Positions 48,238-58,644 of a stretch of DNA of 64,000 nt are shown piece after piece. Below the pieces are notes generated by a model. The model saw only the letters and a list, made by a program, of their open reading frames with translations, ran no database searches and had not been told where the DNA came from. The first letter of the stretch is position 1. Each line of letters starts with the position of its first letter. The position numbers were made by a program, and so were the translations under genes. The stretch comes from Chloroflexota bacterium (lineage in GTDB: Bacteria; Chloroflexota; Dehalococcoidia; Lucifugimonadales; UBA3495), in NCBI GenBank assembly GCA_027623675.1, contig JAQBVF010000012.1:1-64000 (forward strand), read 5' to 3'.

Positions 48238-49683
48238 TCATTTCATCACCCCGACCTGGATGTTCCGGAACCGGGCCGGCGCGGCGCCGTGCCCGGTGTG
48301 TCCGATCTGGCCCGGCTGGCCCTTGCCGCAGTTGGGAATGCCCCACATGGTCCAGTGGTCCTCGTTGCAGACGGCGTCGCACGAGTTCCAAAACTCGGGG
48401 GTTATGCCCGTATAGGTGGAGTTCTTCAACATCCGGCCCAACTTGCCCTTCTTGATCTCGTAGCCAATCTCGACGCCGAACTGGAAGTTGAAGCGGCGGT
48501 CGTCGATGGACCAGGACCGGTTCATCTCCATCAATATGCCTTCGTCGGTGTCGGCGATCAGGTCGTCCAGCGTCCAGTCACCGGGTTCCAGGCTCACGTT
48601 GGTCATGCGGATCAGCGGGATGCGGTTCCAAGACGACGCCCGCATGGAGCCGTTGGACTCCAGGCCAAGTCCGTTGGCAGTCTCCCGGGACGTGAGATAC
48701 CCCTCGAAGCGCCCATTCCGGACCACCGGCGTCGACTGGGCCGGCACACCCTCGTCGTCCCAGCCGTAGGAACCAAGGCCCGGCAGGCGGATGCTGTCGG
48801 CCGTGATATTCACGTGGCTCGACCCGTACTGGAAATCGTTGAGCTTGTCCGTGGTGAGGAACGACGTGCCGGCGTAGGCGGCCTCCGAGCCTAGCACCCG
48901 GTCCAGCTCGATGGCGTGGCCGCACGACTCATGTACCTGCAATCCCAGTTGGGACGCGCCGACGATCAATGTGGTGACCCCGGAAGGGCACTGGTCCGCC
49001 GATAGAAGGGCCACGGCCTCGGTGGCCGTCCGTTCGGCGTTGCCGGCCAGGTCCATCGCCGCCACGAACTCCCACCCCGCGCAACCCTGCTGGCGCATGG
49101 ACTGTGGGTAGGAGCGCCGCTGCACCTCTCCATTCCCCCTAGCTGTGGCCGCGATGCCCCCTCCGGCCTCATAGATCGTCTGTTCCACGTGGGCGCCCTC
49201 ACTATTGGCGAAGGTCTTCTGCTCTCTGATGAAGATCAGATTGCCGGTCCGTGCGGAGATCCCGGCCACGGAGCCCATCCGCCGGTCAGCCTCCAGCAGC
49301 AGGCCCAGTTTCACCTCCGGCGACACTGTGAATGGGTCGGTCTGGATGGGGGTGGTGTATCGGCCCCTGCTGGTAACCGGTGGCCCCAATGATACCGACC
49401 CGTTGCTGGACCGGGCGGAGGCTTTGGCGATCTCCACGGCCAGCCCGGTGATCCGGTCTACCTCCAGCGGAGAGACGATGTTGCTGGAGGCGAACCCCCA
49501 GGAGCCGTTGACCAACACCCGCACGCCGATACCCAGGGATTCGTCGTCGCTGAGGGTGTCGACAACCCCATTCCGGACCACGGCCCGCTCTTGGTGCGTC
49601 TCGACCAGCCGCACGTCGCAATACCCGGCGCCACGCACTTCGGCCAGGTCGAGAGCCCTGGATACCAGATCATCCATCGCCAT
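48238..49683 (-). CDS. tldD: TldD metalloprotease
   Basis: HESCGH, WDDEG, RMTN, CGKGQP. Confidence 0.93.
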   Translation of the reverse strand: MAMDDLVSRALDLAEVRGAGYCDVRLVETHQERAVVRNGVVDTLSDDESLGIGVRVLVNGSWGFASSNIVSPLEVDRITGLAVEIAKASARSSNGSVSLGPPVTSRGRYTTPIQTDPFTVSPEVKLGLLLEADRRMGSVAGISARTGNLIFIREQKTFANSEGAHVEQTIYEAGGGIAATARGNGEVQRRSYPQSMRQQGCAGWEFVAAMDLAGNAERTATEAVALLSADQCPSGVTTLIVGASQLGLQVHESCGHAIELDRVLGSEAAYAGTSFLTTDKLNDFQYGSSHVNITADSIRLPGLGSYGWDDEGVPAQSTPVVRNGRFEGYLTSRETANGLGLESNGSMRASSWNRIPLIRMTNVSLEPGDWTLDDLIADTDEGILMEMNRSWSIDDRRFNFQFGVEIGYEIKKGKLGRMLKNSTYTGITPEFWNSCDAVCNEDHWTMWGIPNCGKGQPGQIGHTGHGAAPARFRNIQVGVMK

Positions 49684-49881
49684 GAATATCCCCTCAGCCT
49701 GAGACTATCGATTATGGAAAACGTATCAAAGTCCGTAAATCAGATTGTAAACGGCGCAGTCGCTTCCCGGTTAAGTGAATAATTGTTGAAGTAATAGCCT
49801 GAATCGATACACCGGATCGGCAAATACCAATGATATTCCAGAATCACAGAAACAGGATATTCAAAAATGGTTATGGAATAG

Positions 49882-49911
49882 TTGACATCATGATCAGGGA
49901 TAACTTATATT
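49882..49911 (+). promoter_or_regulatory. Sigma70-type promoter ~350 nt upstream of dctP
   Basis: TTGACA-18 nt-TATATT in an AT-rich divergent intergenic region. Confidence 0.6.
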
Positions 49912-50259
49912 TCCGTATCCGCTTCCAGATCTGAGGTTTGTTGGGCACGAACCGGATCGCCGCAGTGCGAGTGGGGCCGGTTTACCGGCCCGATGCCCAG
50001 CCTATCGAAGTTTGGCCAGGTCGTTGTGGGTAGTTCCCGTTTAATGACCCTGGCGATATCCCGCGCCAAGCGTGAAAGACTGGCGTGCAGGTGATTGGAG
50101 GCAGACTAAGGCCACTGGCGGTAGCCGTGCAAAGCAGACCGCCAATAGCCCTTTGCTGAACGGACGCGTGCCCGTTGGCTTTTTAATTATATGGGCTGCG
50201 GCCAACCCGCAACAACCTGGACCGCGCCGAAGCGGCCATGCTACAGAGGAGGAGACTAG

Positions 50260-51384
50260 ATGAGGAATCTACGGAAGTTTACTTTCCCGGTCTTAGTCGG
50301 AATTCTTTTGCTGATCTTGGCGGCGTGTGGTGGGGGTGGCGACAACGGCGGCAGCACTCCAAGCGGGAGTTCCGGCGGCGGCAGCGTCGCGGACATAGAT
50401 CAGACCTTCACCTTCCAGTACGTATGCGTGAACCGGACTTTGCTCCCCTGTCAGTTGGTGCAGCAGTTCATCGACGCCGTGGACGAGCGCACCGATGGAA
50501 AGGTTGAGATTCAGATCTCCTCCTACCCCGAGCTCGGCATCAGCGGGTTCGACATGATTCGCCTGCTTGAAGATGGCTCGGTGGGACTTGGCGAGATCTA
50601 CAGCGGTTTCGTCGGCGGCGAGTACCCAGTTTTCGACGTGGGGAATCTCTGGGGCTTGTTCACCAGCACCGAACAATACTACGAGGCCGTTGACGCTCTC
50701 AACGATGACATGAAGCGCGTCGTTACGGAAAAGACCCAGGGCGGTAAGGTAGTCGCGTTCAACTTCTACCCCAGCAACTTCTTCTTCACCAAGCAGCCTC
50801 TCGAGGCCCTGAAAGACTTCGAGGGAGTGCGCACCAGGAGCCACAGTAACGTGCTCTCCGACCTGGTGAACGAGCTTGGCGGCGACGCCCAGACCATGGC
50901 TTTCGCTGAGGTTTACACGGCGCTGGAGCGCGGTATCTTGGACGGAGCGGTGACCTGTTCCACCTGCGGCTTCGGCCAGAAGTGGAATGAGGTAACCGAT
51001 TATCTGACCGGGCCCATCCCCGGCAGCTTCGCCCAGACCTTCATAACTTTCAACTCGAAGGAATGGGAGTCCATGCCCCCCATCTTCCAGCAGATCATCA
51101 CGGAGGAAGGCGCGAACCACACGGCCAGGGCCAGGACCGAGGCAGCCAAATGGGACACCCAGGGCGTGGGCCAGTTGGTGGAAGGCGGAATGAAGTATTC
51201 CGAGTTCACCCAGGAGATGCTCGATGTCATCGGCTCGGCTGGTGAGAAAGCCGTGTTGCCCCGTTGGGTTGGGAGAGCCGGGGGCTACGGCAGTGAGGGA
51301 GTCGATCTTTACAACGAGAAGATCGCCGCCATCACCGGTCTCAGGGTCAACCCGGACAACACCGTCACGAACATCGGACGGTAG
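50260..51384 (+). CDS. dctP: TRAP transporter substrate-binding lipoprotein
   Basis: Lipobox LAAC, ERTDGKVEI, DFEGVRTR, AEVYTALERGILDG. Confidence 0.88.
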   Translation: MRNLRKFTFPVLVGILLLILAACGGGGDNGGSTPSGSSGGGSVADIDQTFTFQYVCVNRTLLPCQLVQQFIDAVDERTDGKVEIQISSYPELGISGFDMIRLLEDGSVGLGEIYSGFVGGEYPVFDVGNLWGLFTSTEQYYEAVDALNDDMKRVVTEKTQGGKVVAFNFYPSNFFFTKQPLEALKDFEGVRTRSHSNVLSDLVNELGGDAQTMAFAEVYTALERGILDGAVTCSTCGFGQKWNEVTDYLTGPIPGSFAQTFITFNSKEWESMPPIFQQIITEEGANHTARARTEAAKWDTQGVGQLVEGGMKYSEFTQEMLDVIGSAGEKAVLPRWVGRAGGYGSEGVDLYNEKIAAITGLRVNPDNTVTNIGR

Positions 51385-51467
51385 GGTTCGGCCTCGACCC
51401 GTACCTGATTTGAAATCAGGCAACTACATGAGTCATCCCGGCGTTTGCTGGGTGGATGCTGCCGCCT

Positions 51468-51532
51468 TTGTCATTCCGGCTGCGGTTGTCATTCCGGCTG
51501 CGGTTGTCATTCCGATCGAAGAGAGGAATCTC
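51468..51532. repeat. 18-bp tandem repeat running into a REP-like arm
   Basis: TTGTCATTCCGGCTGCGG x2, then TTGTCATTCCGATCGAAGAGAGGAATCTC. Confidence 0.7.
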
Positions 51533-51719
51533 GCGGCTGATGGGAGGCCAACTGCCGGTCCCGGGGAACGATAGCAACCTTGTAGTCAAGCAAAAATAGG
51601 TTCTTTTCCTTCCGTGGAAGGACCAGAATCACATGGGGCGGGCGGGGGATAAGTTGGAACAGGGCGCTTGGTGCGGTTTGCGGGCCAGCCGTGCTTGGCT
51701 CAGGTTGCCGGCAGCTTGA

Positions 51720-53244
51720 GACGCTGGATCTAGACCGGGGCATCGTTCAAGACCACAAAGGCCTCGGGCTGGACCAACTCGTCGGAGTCGGGACTCCCCA
51801 CGACGGCGGCCTCAAGGGTCTTGGGATGCTCGGTCGGGCGGTTCTCAATCTCCGCCAGCGGATACCGGATTCAGCCTGCCTTCAGCGTGTCGTCGCTGCG
51901 GCCACAGTGCACGAAATACCCGTCCGGGTCCTCGTAATAGGTGTCTCCGGTGTTCAGCCAGCCGTCCACCATGGTCTCGGCGGTTCTCTGTGGGTTGTTC
52001 CAGTAATGGGAGGCGATGGAGTCGCCCCGGACCAACAGCATTCCTGGATCGCCCTTGGTCATTGGGTTGCCCTGGCCACCCATTATCTTCACCTGATAGC
52101 CAGGGACCGGCTTGCCGCTGGAGCCGGGACGGTAGTTGTCCATCGTGTTTGAGATGAAGACGTGCAGCGCCTCGGTGGAGCTGATGCCGTCCAAGATCAG
52201 CGTTCCGGTCTGCTCCTGCCAGCGCCGGAAGATGTCGGCCGGGAGGGCCTCTCCGGAGGAAACGCAGCAACGGAGCGACGAGAGATCAGCAGCCATGCCG
52301 GTTTGCGCGTTGTCGTCCAATGCCCGCAGCTGGGCGGCATATAGCGAGGGCACGGCGAAGTAGATGCTGGGCCGGTGCTCTTCGATTATCTGGAAAATAA
52401 TGTCGGGCGATGGCCGCTGGCTGCTCAGCACTGTCACGCCGCCAACCCACAGCGGAAAGGTCATGGCGTTGCCCATCCCGTAGGCCGAGAACAGCTTGGC
52501 GGCTGAGAAGCAGACGTCGTCCGGGGTCATCTGCAGCGTGTCCACCGCGTAGTGCACGCAGGTAGCCGCGATGTCCCGGTGGCGGTGCACCGCGGCCTTG
52601 GGCCGGCCCGTGGTGCCCGAGGAGTACAGCCAGAGACATTCCGAATCCGCCGTGGCCGGAGCGGGCTCCAGCACCGGGGAATAGCCGTCCATCAACCCCG
52701 GAAACTGCAGGCCGAAGGACCCCTGGGTGGACATGCCGCCGGGCCCATCGGTGGCCAGTATGAAGCCCGGTTTGTGGCCCGATGCAGCCAGCGCGGGTGT
52801 GATCTCGGACAGGAACTCCGGGGAGTAGACCAGGCCGGCACAGGTGGAATCCTCAATCATGTAGCGGTAGTCGTCGGCCTTAAGCAGGGTATCCAGCGGC
52901 ACGGGCACGAATCCCGCCTTGATGGCCCCCCAGAAGATGTAGAAGAATTCGGGGCAGTCTTTGACGACCATCAGGACCCGGCCGCCGGGCTCCAACACCA
53001 GATTCTTCAGCATGTTGCCGCATTGGTTGGCCCGCACCGCCAACTGCTGGTAGGTGATCTGCTTCTCTAGGGCATCGTCGGCCGGCGAACCCGGGTCGAA
53101 GTCGGCATTGATGATGACCGGGTACCCGCCGCGTCCCTCGGCCAGGTGCCGGTCAATCATGGGCACGGCGATATTGAACACCGGGGCGAAATCGATCGTT
53201 GAGGGCGTTTTTGAGTGGTCGACGGTTACACTGTGGTCCGGCAT
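51720..53244 (-). pseudogene. Benzoate-CoA ligase family acyl-CoA ligase, truncated and degenerate C-terminus
   Basis: LYSSGTTGRPK, DGISSTE, TGD, GRSDD; TGA at 51873-71 falls in the conserved K-x-G-G-I motif, eroded homology continues in frame (EHPKTLEAAVVG..PEAFVVL) and the terminal PKTxTGK motif is absent. Confidence 0.8.
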
Positions 53245-53414
53245 GTTATCGCTCAAGGCTCCTAGTTGAATCGCAAATATTCGCAGTCCCAGTGATGGCG
53301 TTGCTGGCGCGGATGCAGGTTTGGCCCGAGCTGGCGGAGGCGTTTTCCCTGCCGTTCGGTCCGATCGGAGCGATTCGGTCAATCTTATCAGAACGCGAGC
53401 GGCCCTAATTGGCG

Positions 53415-53443
53415 TTGACAGTTTTTGGGCCGGTCAATACACT
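53415..53443 (+). promoter_or_regulatory. Sigma70-type promoter
   Basis: TTGACA-17 nt-TACACT. Confidence 0.7.
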
Positions 53444-53509
53444 GCCCCGAAACCGGCGGCGGCCGGATTCGATGATTTTGTGGCATTCCAGTAAAGAGGA
53501 CAGACCGCG

Positions 53510-54466
53510 ATGAGATACGGGTTCACGATACCGGGAAGTGGACCGCTTGCAGCCCCCGAGTCGATGCGGGCGCTGGTGCGCCGGGGTGAGGACCTGGGCT
53601 TCCATACGGTGGTCTGCCCCGACCATATCGTCTTCCCGAAAGATATCTCGTCGCCCTATCCCTACAATGAACAGGCGGTGCACCCTGGCACCATCGGCGG
53701 CGCCTGTCTGGACCAGCTTACGGTGTTGGCGTTCATCGCCGGCCAGACCACCACTCTGCGCCTGGGCACCAGCGTCATGATCGTGCCCCACCGCAACCCC
53801 ATCGTCGCCGCCAAGGCCCTGGCCACCCTGGACGTGCTATCCAACGGCCGGGTGACGCTGGGCGTGGGGGCCGGCTGGCTGCGGGAGGAGTTCGAGACCC
53901 TGGACCTGCCATCTTTCGACGAACGCGGAGCGGTTACCGACGAATATATCCGGGCGTTCATCGAGCTTTGGACGTCGGATGATCCATCGTTCGAGGGGAA
54001 GTACGTCAATTTCTCCAACATCCATTTCCTACCCAAGCCGGTGCAGAAGCCCCACATCCCCATCTGGGTTGGCGGAGAGAGTAACCGGGCCATCCGCAGG
54101 GCCGCGCGCCTGGGCAACGCCTGGCATCCGCTGGGCACAAATCCCGGCTTCCCCCTGGGAACGCCTGAATTGCTCAAGGCGTCCATGGACCGGCTGGCGG
54201 CGCGCACGGAGCGGGAAGGGCGCGATCCCAAGGATGTGGAGGTGGCGTTCAGGGTGTCTACCTTCAATATCTCCGACAGGGATACCGGTGTCCCATTCTC
54301 GGGTCCCGCCGATAAAGTGGCCGAGGACATCCGCACCTACGAGGCCTTGGGCGTGACCAACCTGATCTTCGATTTCGGCGGCGTGGCCAGCTCACGAGTG
54401 GGCGACCCCAGCGAGATCATCGCCCTGCAAGCGGCGTTGGCTCTACAGGTCTGGCCCAAGGTTTAA
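53510..54466 (+). CDS. LLM-class, probably F420-dependent oxidoreductase
   Basis: PDHIV, RNPIVAAKALATLD.LSNGRVTLGVGAGW, PKPVQKPH.PIWVGG. Confidence 0.92.
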   Translation: MRYGFTIPGSGPLAAPESMRALVRRGEDLGFHTVVCPDHIVFPKDISSPYPYNEQAVHPGTIGGACLDQLTVLAFIAGQTTTLRLGTSVMIVPHRNPIVAAKALATLDVLSNGRVTLGVGAGWLREEFETLDLPSFDERGAVTDEYIRAFIELWTSDDPSFEGKYVNFSNIHFLPKPVQKPHIPIWVGGESNRAIRRAARLGNAWHPLGTNPGFPLGTPELLKASMDRLAARTEREGRDPKDVEVAFRVSTFNISDRDTGVPFSGPADKVAEDIRTYEALGVTNLIFDFGGVASSRVGDPSEIIALQAALALQVWPKV

Positions 54467-54887
54467 CCACCGGCGCCCCCCATTGCCTACCATCTCCAAA
54501 GGTGGCCACCGGGCGACCTCACGGCCCTCCCAACTGCCGTTCTTGGCCGTATCCTTCAGTGTCCGTCATACCGATCCACCAATCAGCCTGACTGCACGCC
54601 GCCGATATGGCTGCCTTACAAGCATGGATGCGTGATCACCTATATCTGTGTGTTCCACTTAGGTGTGATCTGCCCTGATTTCCCCCAGACCTATGCTCCA
54701 GACCAATGAATGCGATTGTCTTGTTGAACCTCGCGGTGTGTTCGCTTGGAATAAATGTTCCATCGCTGGTATTCTCGGAATCGTAGGCCTAGGGTCATTG
54801 CAGTTTGAGCCCATGATCAGCCGCATGACCTTTGTAAACTTGCTAAAGACTCCGATTGAGATTCCGGTCTCAACGGAGATGAAGATA

Positions 54888-57800
54888 ATGACTTCAACCC
54901 AATCTGGGTCACAAGAATTAAACACCATCGTTCAGATAACGGAGATTCTGACGGGACGCCTCCCGTTTCTGGAGAAGTGTGGCTCCGTACTGGCGGTGTT
55001 GGCCGATTTCACAGGGTCTGAGTTGGTCACTCTGCGCGAATTGGACGCCGAAAATGCCACTTTGGAATTGATCGCCTCCCACAACCATCTGGAGCCACCC
55101 GCAGGTGCGCGCGCCTCCATTCCGGCGCACGCCTATCTGTCTGCCGAGGCCATCGAGAATAGGACCGCATTCGCGATCAATGATTATTCCGCCCTTGGAA
55201 CGGTGACGCCTGGATATCTGGACGGCATCAAATCCGCACTGAGTATTCCGATCCAGATCGACGGTGAAGTTGTTGGGACTCTGGGATTCGGATCGACGTC
55301 CACCGGTCATTACACGAAAGATATCGTCCGGGTGGTGGGGGCCATCGCGGTAGTGGTTGGGATGATGGTCGCGAAGGCGGAACTCCAAGAAGGGTTTGAG
55401 GTGGAGGCCAGTCTGGGGCGCATCGTCAGCGCTCCGTTGGTCGGGCCGGATGTTTTTGACCGGTTTGCGAAAGAGGCGGCGAGAATCGTCGATTTCGATC
55501 GCTTGACGCTAAACTCCGTCGATATGGCTGAGAACACCTTTGTGACCGAATTTATCATCGGGAACCAGATCCTGGGCTTTCCCATCGGAGTACCCCGAGA
55601 TATCGGTGGCACGGTGATCGAATCGGTGATCCGGTCCAGGGCTGGCCGGCGAGTTCGATTGGACAGACTGGAGGATCTGGAGTCCAGATACCCACAGGCG
55701 ATGCCATTCTTGAACGATGGTCAGCCCTACCTAGCCAGTGTTCCGTTGATCGTTAGCGACCAGATCATCGGCACCTTGGGATTCGTTCGAGGCTTACGTC
55801 CCTTTTCACAGAAGGAATTGGCCAAAACCGAACTCCTGGGTAATCTTATCGCCGGTGCGTTTGCCGATTTCAAGGCCCAGGAATTTAGGACGAAAGCTGA
55901 AGAGGAGCTTGAGAAGAGTAGGACCATCCTAGAGGCTGAGGCGGCCATGGGCCGAATCTTGAGTTCGTCGCTGCCGATCAACGATGCTTTTAAGGGGTTC
56001 TCCGTGGAGATCATGAAATTGGTGTCCTGCGACCGCCTGGCCATCATGGGGGTGGACCTTGAGAAGAATCTGTTCGCGGAGGAATTCCTTTACCTTCCCG
56101 GCGGCCAAGCCAATGGCCTGAGAAGCGGGCAGAGCCTGGACGGCACCCTGATCGCCGCGGCGTTGGCGTCCGGCGGGTGCGTGGCCATCAGCGCTGACGA
56201 TCTGGAATTCAAGGCCCCCAGATTCAGAATACTGCTCCAGTTGTTGGACGACGGCCAGACCGAGTTTATGGCTGTGCCGCTGGTGTCTCAGAACCAGACG
56301 GTTGGGGCGATGGGATTTACCCGCGCGGGAGATAAGTTCACCCAAGAAGACCAAGATCGGGCGGTTAGGATCGGTAACCTGATCTCCGGGCCGCTGGCCA
56401 GTCATATCCTGGAACGAGCCCGTACGGAAGCTGAAACCAAGATCGCCAAGAACGGAGCGGTCCTCGAGGCGGAGGCCGCCATCGGCCGGATCTTGAGCTC
56501 CCCATTGGAGGGGGGTGGCGCGTACGAGAAACTGAGCGCCGAGATAGCTAACATAATCCCTTTGGACCGTGTCGTGGTCGCCGGTATCGACTTGGAGACA
56601 CAGACATTCAGTAATGAATTAGCCAGATTCCTCAACGACTCGGGGACGCCAAACTTTAGCCATAATGGACTTTCATATGCCGGATCAATCACTTCTGAGG
56701 TGCTTAAACACGGCGTCGGGCAGTTCGTAAATATCGACGATCCCAGACTGCTGGCCGGGAGCTTGCCCCGTGTCAACGCCGTTTTTGCTCTGGGGTTCAA
56801 GGCGATCATGGCGGTCCCGCTGGTTTTCGACGAAAAGATCATCGGCACCATGATCCTGCTGTCAAAAGATGAAAGGGGATACACCGCTGAGGATATCGCC
56901 ACTGGGGACCGGATCGGGAGAATCTTGGCCGGGGCGCTGGCGAGATTCACGTTGACGGCCGAAAGAGACCGCTTCCAGATCGCCCTTTCAGAAAGCGAGG
57001 CACGGTTCCGCGAGATCGCCAACAGCATCCGGGGGGTCTTTTGGCTCATGGAACTGACTCCCCTGAGGATGGTCTACGCCAGTCCGAACTTTGAAGACCT
57101 GTGGGACATCCCCATAGACCAGGTTTACGAGGACATGGAGCAGTGGCACGCGACGATTCATCCTGAAGACCTGGCAAAGCATAAACGACTGAGAGAACAG
57201 GCGTTCGTTTCAGGGGAATTGGACGTCGAGTACCGGGTCATCAAACGCGATGGGACGGTGAGATGGATCCGCTGCTTAGCCTTTCCCATCAAGGACGAGG
57301 AAGGCAAATTGGTCAGAATCAGCGGCATCTCGGAAGACATCACCGAGAAGAAGCAGGAGTTGGACAGATTCACCGAGGCTGGCCGCCTGTTGTCCATCGG
57401 AGAGTTGGCGTCGGGAGTGGCCCACGAGATCAACAATCCTCTGGCCAGTATCAAACTCTATTCGGAAGCGTTGATGGGCCAAGACCTCCCAGACTCGGCG
57501 GTTTCAGACCTAAGGATAATCTCCGAACAGGGCAACCGGGCAGCGGCGATCGTGCGGAACCTGCTGCAATTTGCCAGAAAATCGTATCAGGAGATCTCCG
57601 CTGTTTCTGCCACCCACTTCGTTGAACGCTGCATCGATCTCAAACGCCACGATTTTCGGATCAACAACATCTCGATAACCAGCGATGTTGTGCTGCAAAG
57701 CCCCGATATCACCGTCGACGAACATCTGATGACCCAGGTACTCCTGAATATCCTGAACAACGCCGAGCAGGCCTGCATGGACGGAAGGGGGAGCGGTTCC

Positions 57801-58532
57801 ATATCGGTGGGGGTGGGTGAGACCAAGAATTTGATCAAGATCAGTGTTACAGACGACGGTCCTGGGATATCCGCGGAAAATCTTCCGAAGATATTCGACC
57901 CATTCTTCACGACTAAAGAGGTTGGCTCCGGCACAGGGTTGGGCCTGAGCGTTTCCCATGGAATCATCGCCCAGTTGGGGGGCAATCTCTGGGCGGAGAG
58001 CGACGGCGAGACAGGCGCTACCTTCCACATCGAGATTCCGAAAGCACCGGCCGGCAAAGCACCGGCCCCCCACGTAGAGGAACCGGCTGCCGTGGGACCG
58101 CCCGAGGCGGCTTCAGCGGGAGAAGACCAGGCGGAGAAAGTTGGAACCACCGCCCCCCTTCGCGTTCTGATCGTGGACGATGAGCCGGCTATTCGCGAGA
58201 TAATGTCCAGGGTACTCGGACGACGAGGCCATCAGGTTGACCAGGCAAGCGACGGCGAAGAAGCGTGGCTCAGGCTGCAGGAAAATAGATTCGATTGCAT
58301 CCTGCTCGACGTCCGCATGGCCGGGACCGGCGGCCAAGAACTTTTCGAGCGTATCAATGCTTTGGACCCCAGCCTGGCCAGGAGTGTTATCTTCCTAACG
58401 GGAGACCTGGCGCGCGTGCACACTCATTCCTTCTTGGGCTCGTTGGATAATCTGGTCATCGAAAAACCCATCACGATCGAAAGTATCGACCTGGCGCTCG
58501 CCAAAGTTTCTTCTGGTCTAACCGGGATCTAG
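54888..58532 (+). CDS. Cytoplasmic hybrid histidine kinase: 4 GAF + PAS + HisKA + HATPase + REC
   Basis: AHEINNPL, NILNNA, DDGPGI, FDPFFTTK, GTGLGL, IVDDE..LLDVRM..KP; start set at ATG 54888 after GGAG. Confidence 0.92.
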   Translation: MTSTQSGSQELNTIVQITEILTGRLPFLEKCGSVLAVLADFTGSELVTLRELDAENATLELIASHNHLEPPAGARASIPAHAYLSAEAIENRTAFAINDYSALGTVTPGYLDGIKSALSIPIQIDGEVVGTLGFGSTSTGHYTKDIVRVVGAIAVVVGMMVAKAELQEGFEVEASLGRIVSAPLVGPDVFDRFAKEAARIVDFDRLTLNSVDMAENTFVTEFIIGNQILGFPIGVPRDIGGTVIESVIRSRAGRRVRLDRLEDLESRYPQAMPFLNDGQPYLASVPLIVSDQIIGTLGFVRGLRPFSQKELAKTELLGNLIAGAFADFKAQEFRTKAEEELEKSRTILEAEAAMGRILSSSLPINDAFKGFSVEIMKLVSCDRLAIMGVDLEKNLFAEEFLYLPGGQANGLRSGQSLDGTLIAAALASGGCVAISADDLEFKAPRFRILLQLLDDGQTEFMAVPLVSQNQTVGAMGFTRAGDKFTQEDQDRAVRIGNLISGPLASHILERARTEAETKIAKNGAVLEAEAAIGRILSSPLEGGGAYEKLSAEIANIIPLDRVVVAGIDLETQTFSNELARFLNDSGTPNFSHNGLSYAGSITSEVLKHGVGQFVNIDDPRLLAGSLPRVNAVFALGFKAIMAVPLVFDEKIIGTMILLSKDERGYTAEDIATGDRIGRILAGALARFTLTAERDRFQIALSESEARFREIANSIRGVFWLMELTPLRMVYASPNFEDLWDIPIDQVYEDMEQWHATIHPEDLAKHKRLREQAFVSGELDVEYRVIKRDGTVRWIRCLAFPIKDEEGKLVRISGISEDITEKKQELDRFTEAGRLLSIGELASGVAHEINNPLASIKLYSEALMGQDLPDSAVSDLRIISEQGNRAAAIVRNLLQFARKSYQEISAVSATHFVERCIDLKRHDFRINNISITSDVVLQSPDITVDEHLMTQVLLNILNNAEQACMDGRGSGSISVGVGETKNLIKISVTDDGPGISAENLPKIFDPFFTTKEVGSGTGLGLSVSHGIIAQLGGNLWAESDGETGATFHIEIPKAPAGKAPAPHVEEPAAVGPPEAASAGEDQAEKVGTTAPLRVLIVDDEPAIREIMSRVLGRRGHQVDQASDGEEAWLRLQENRFDCILLDVRMAGTGGQELFERINALDPSLARSVIFLTGDLARVHTHSFLGSLDNLVIEKPITIESIDLALAKVSSGLTGI

Positions 58533-58644
58533 GCTTGGCCGAGGCCATCGGGCCACCGTCATTCGCCACCGAAATCCAGCTGCTGGAGGACCGCATCGAG
58601 TTTGCCCGGCGCCTGCCGAGGGAGGCGGGCTAGCGGGGCGAACC

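Noticed and set aside
33050..48455. Long antisense or alternate-frame ORFs (e.g. 33050-34228, 37884-38981, 39681-40940, 47187-48455)
   Set aside because: Shadow ORFs expected from high-GC codon bias opposite well-supported genes; no motifs.
51871..51873. TGA in the CoA ligase as selenocysteine
   Set aside because: It aligns to a conserved Gly rather than Cys, and the downstream domain is degenerate.
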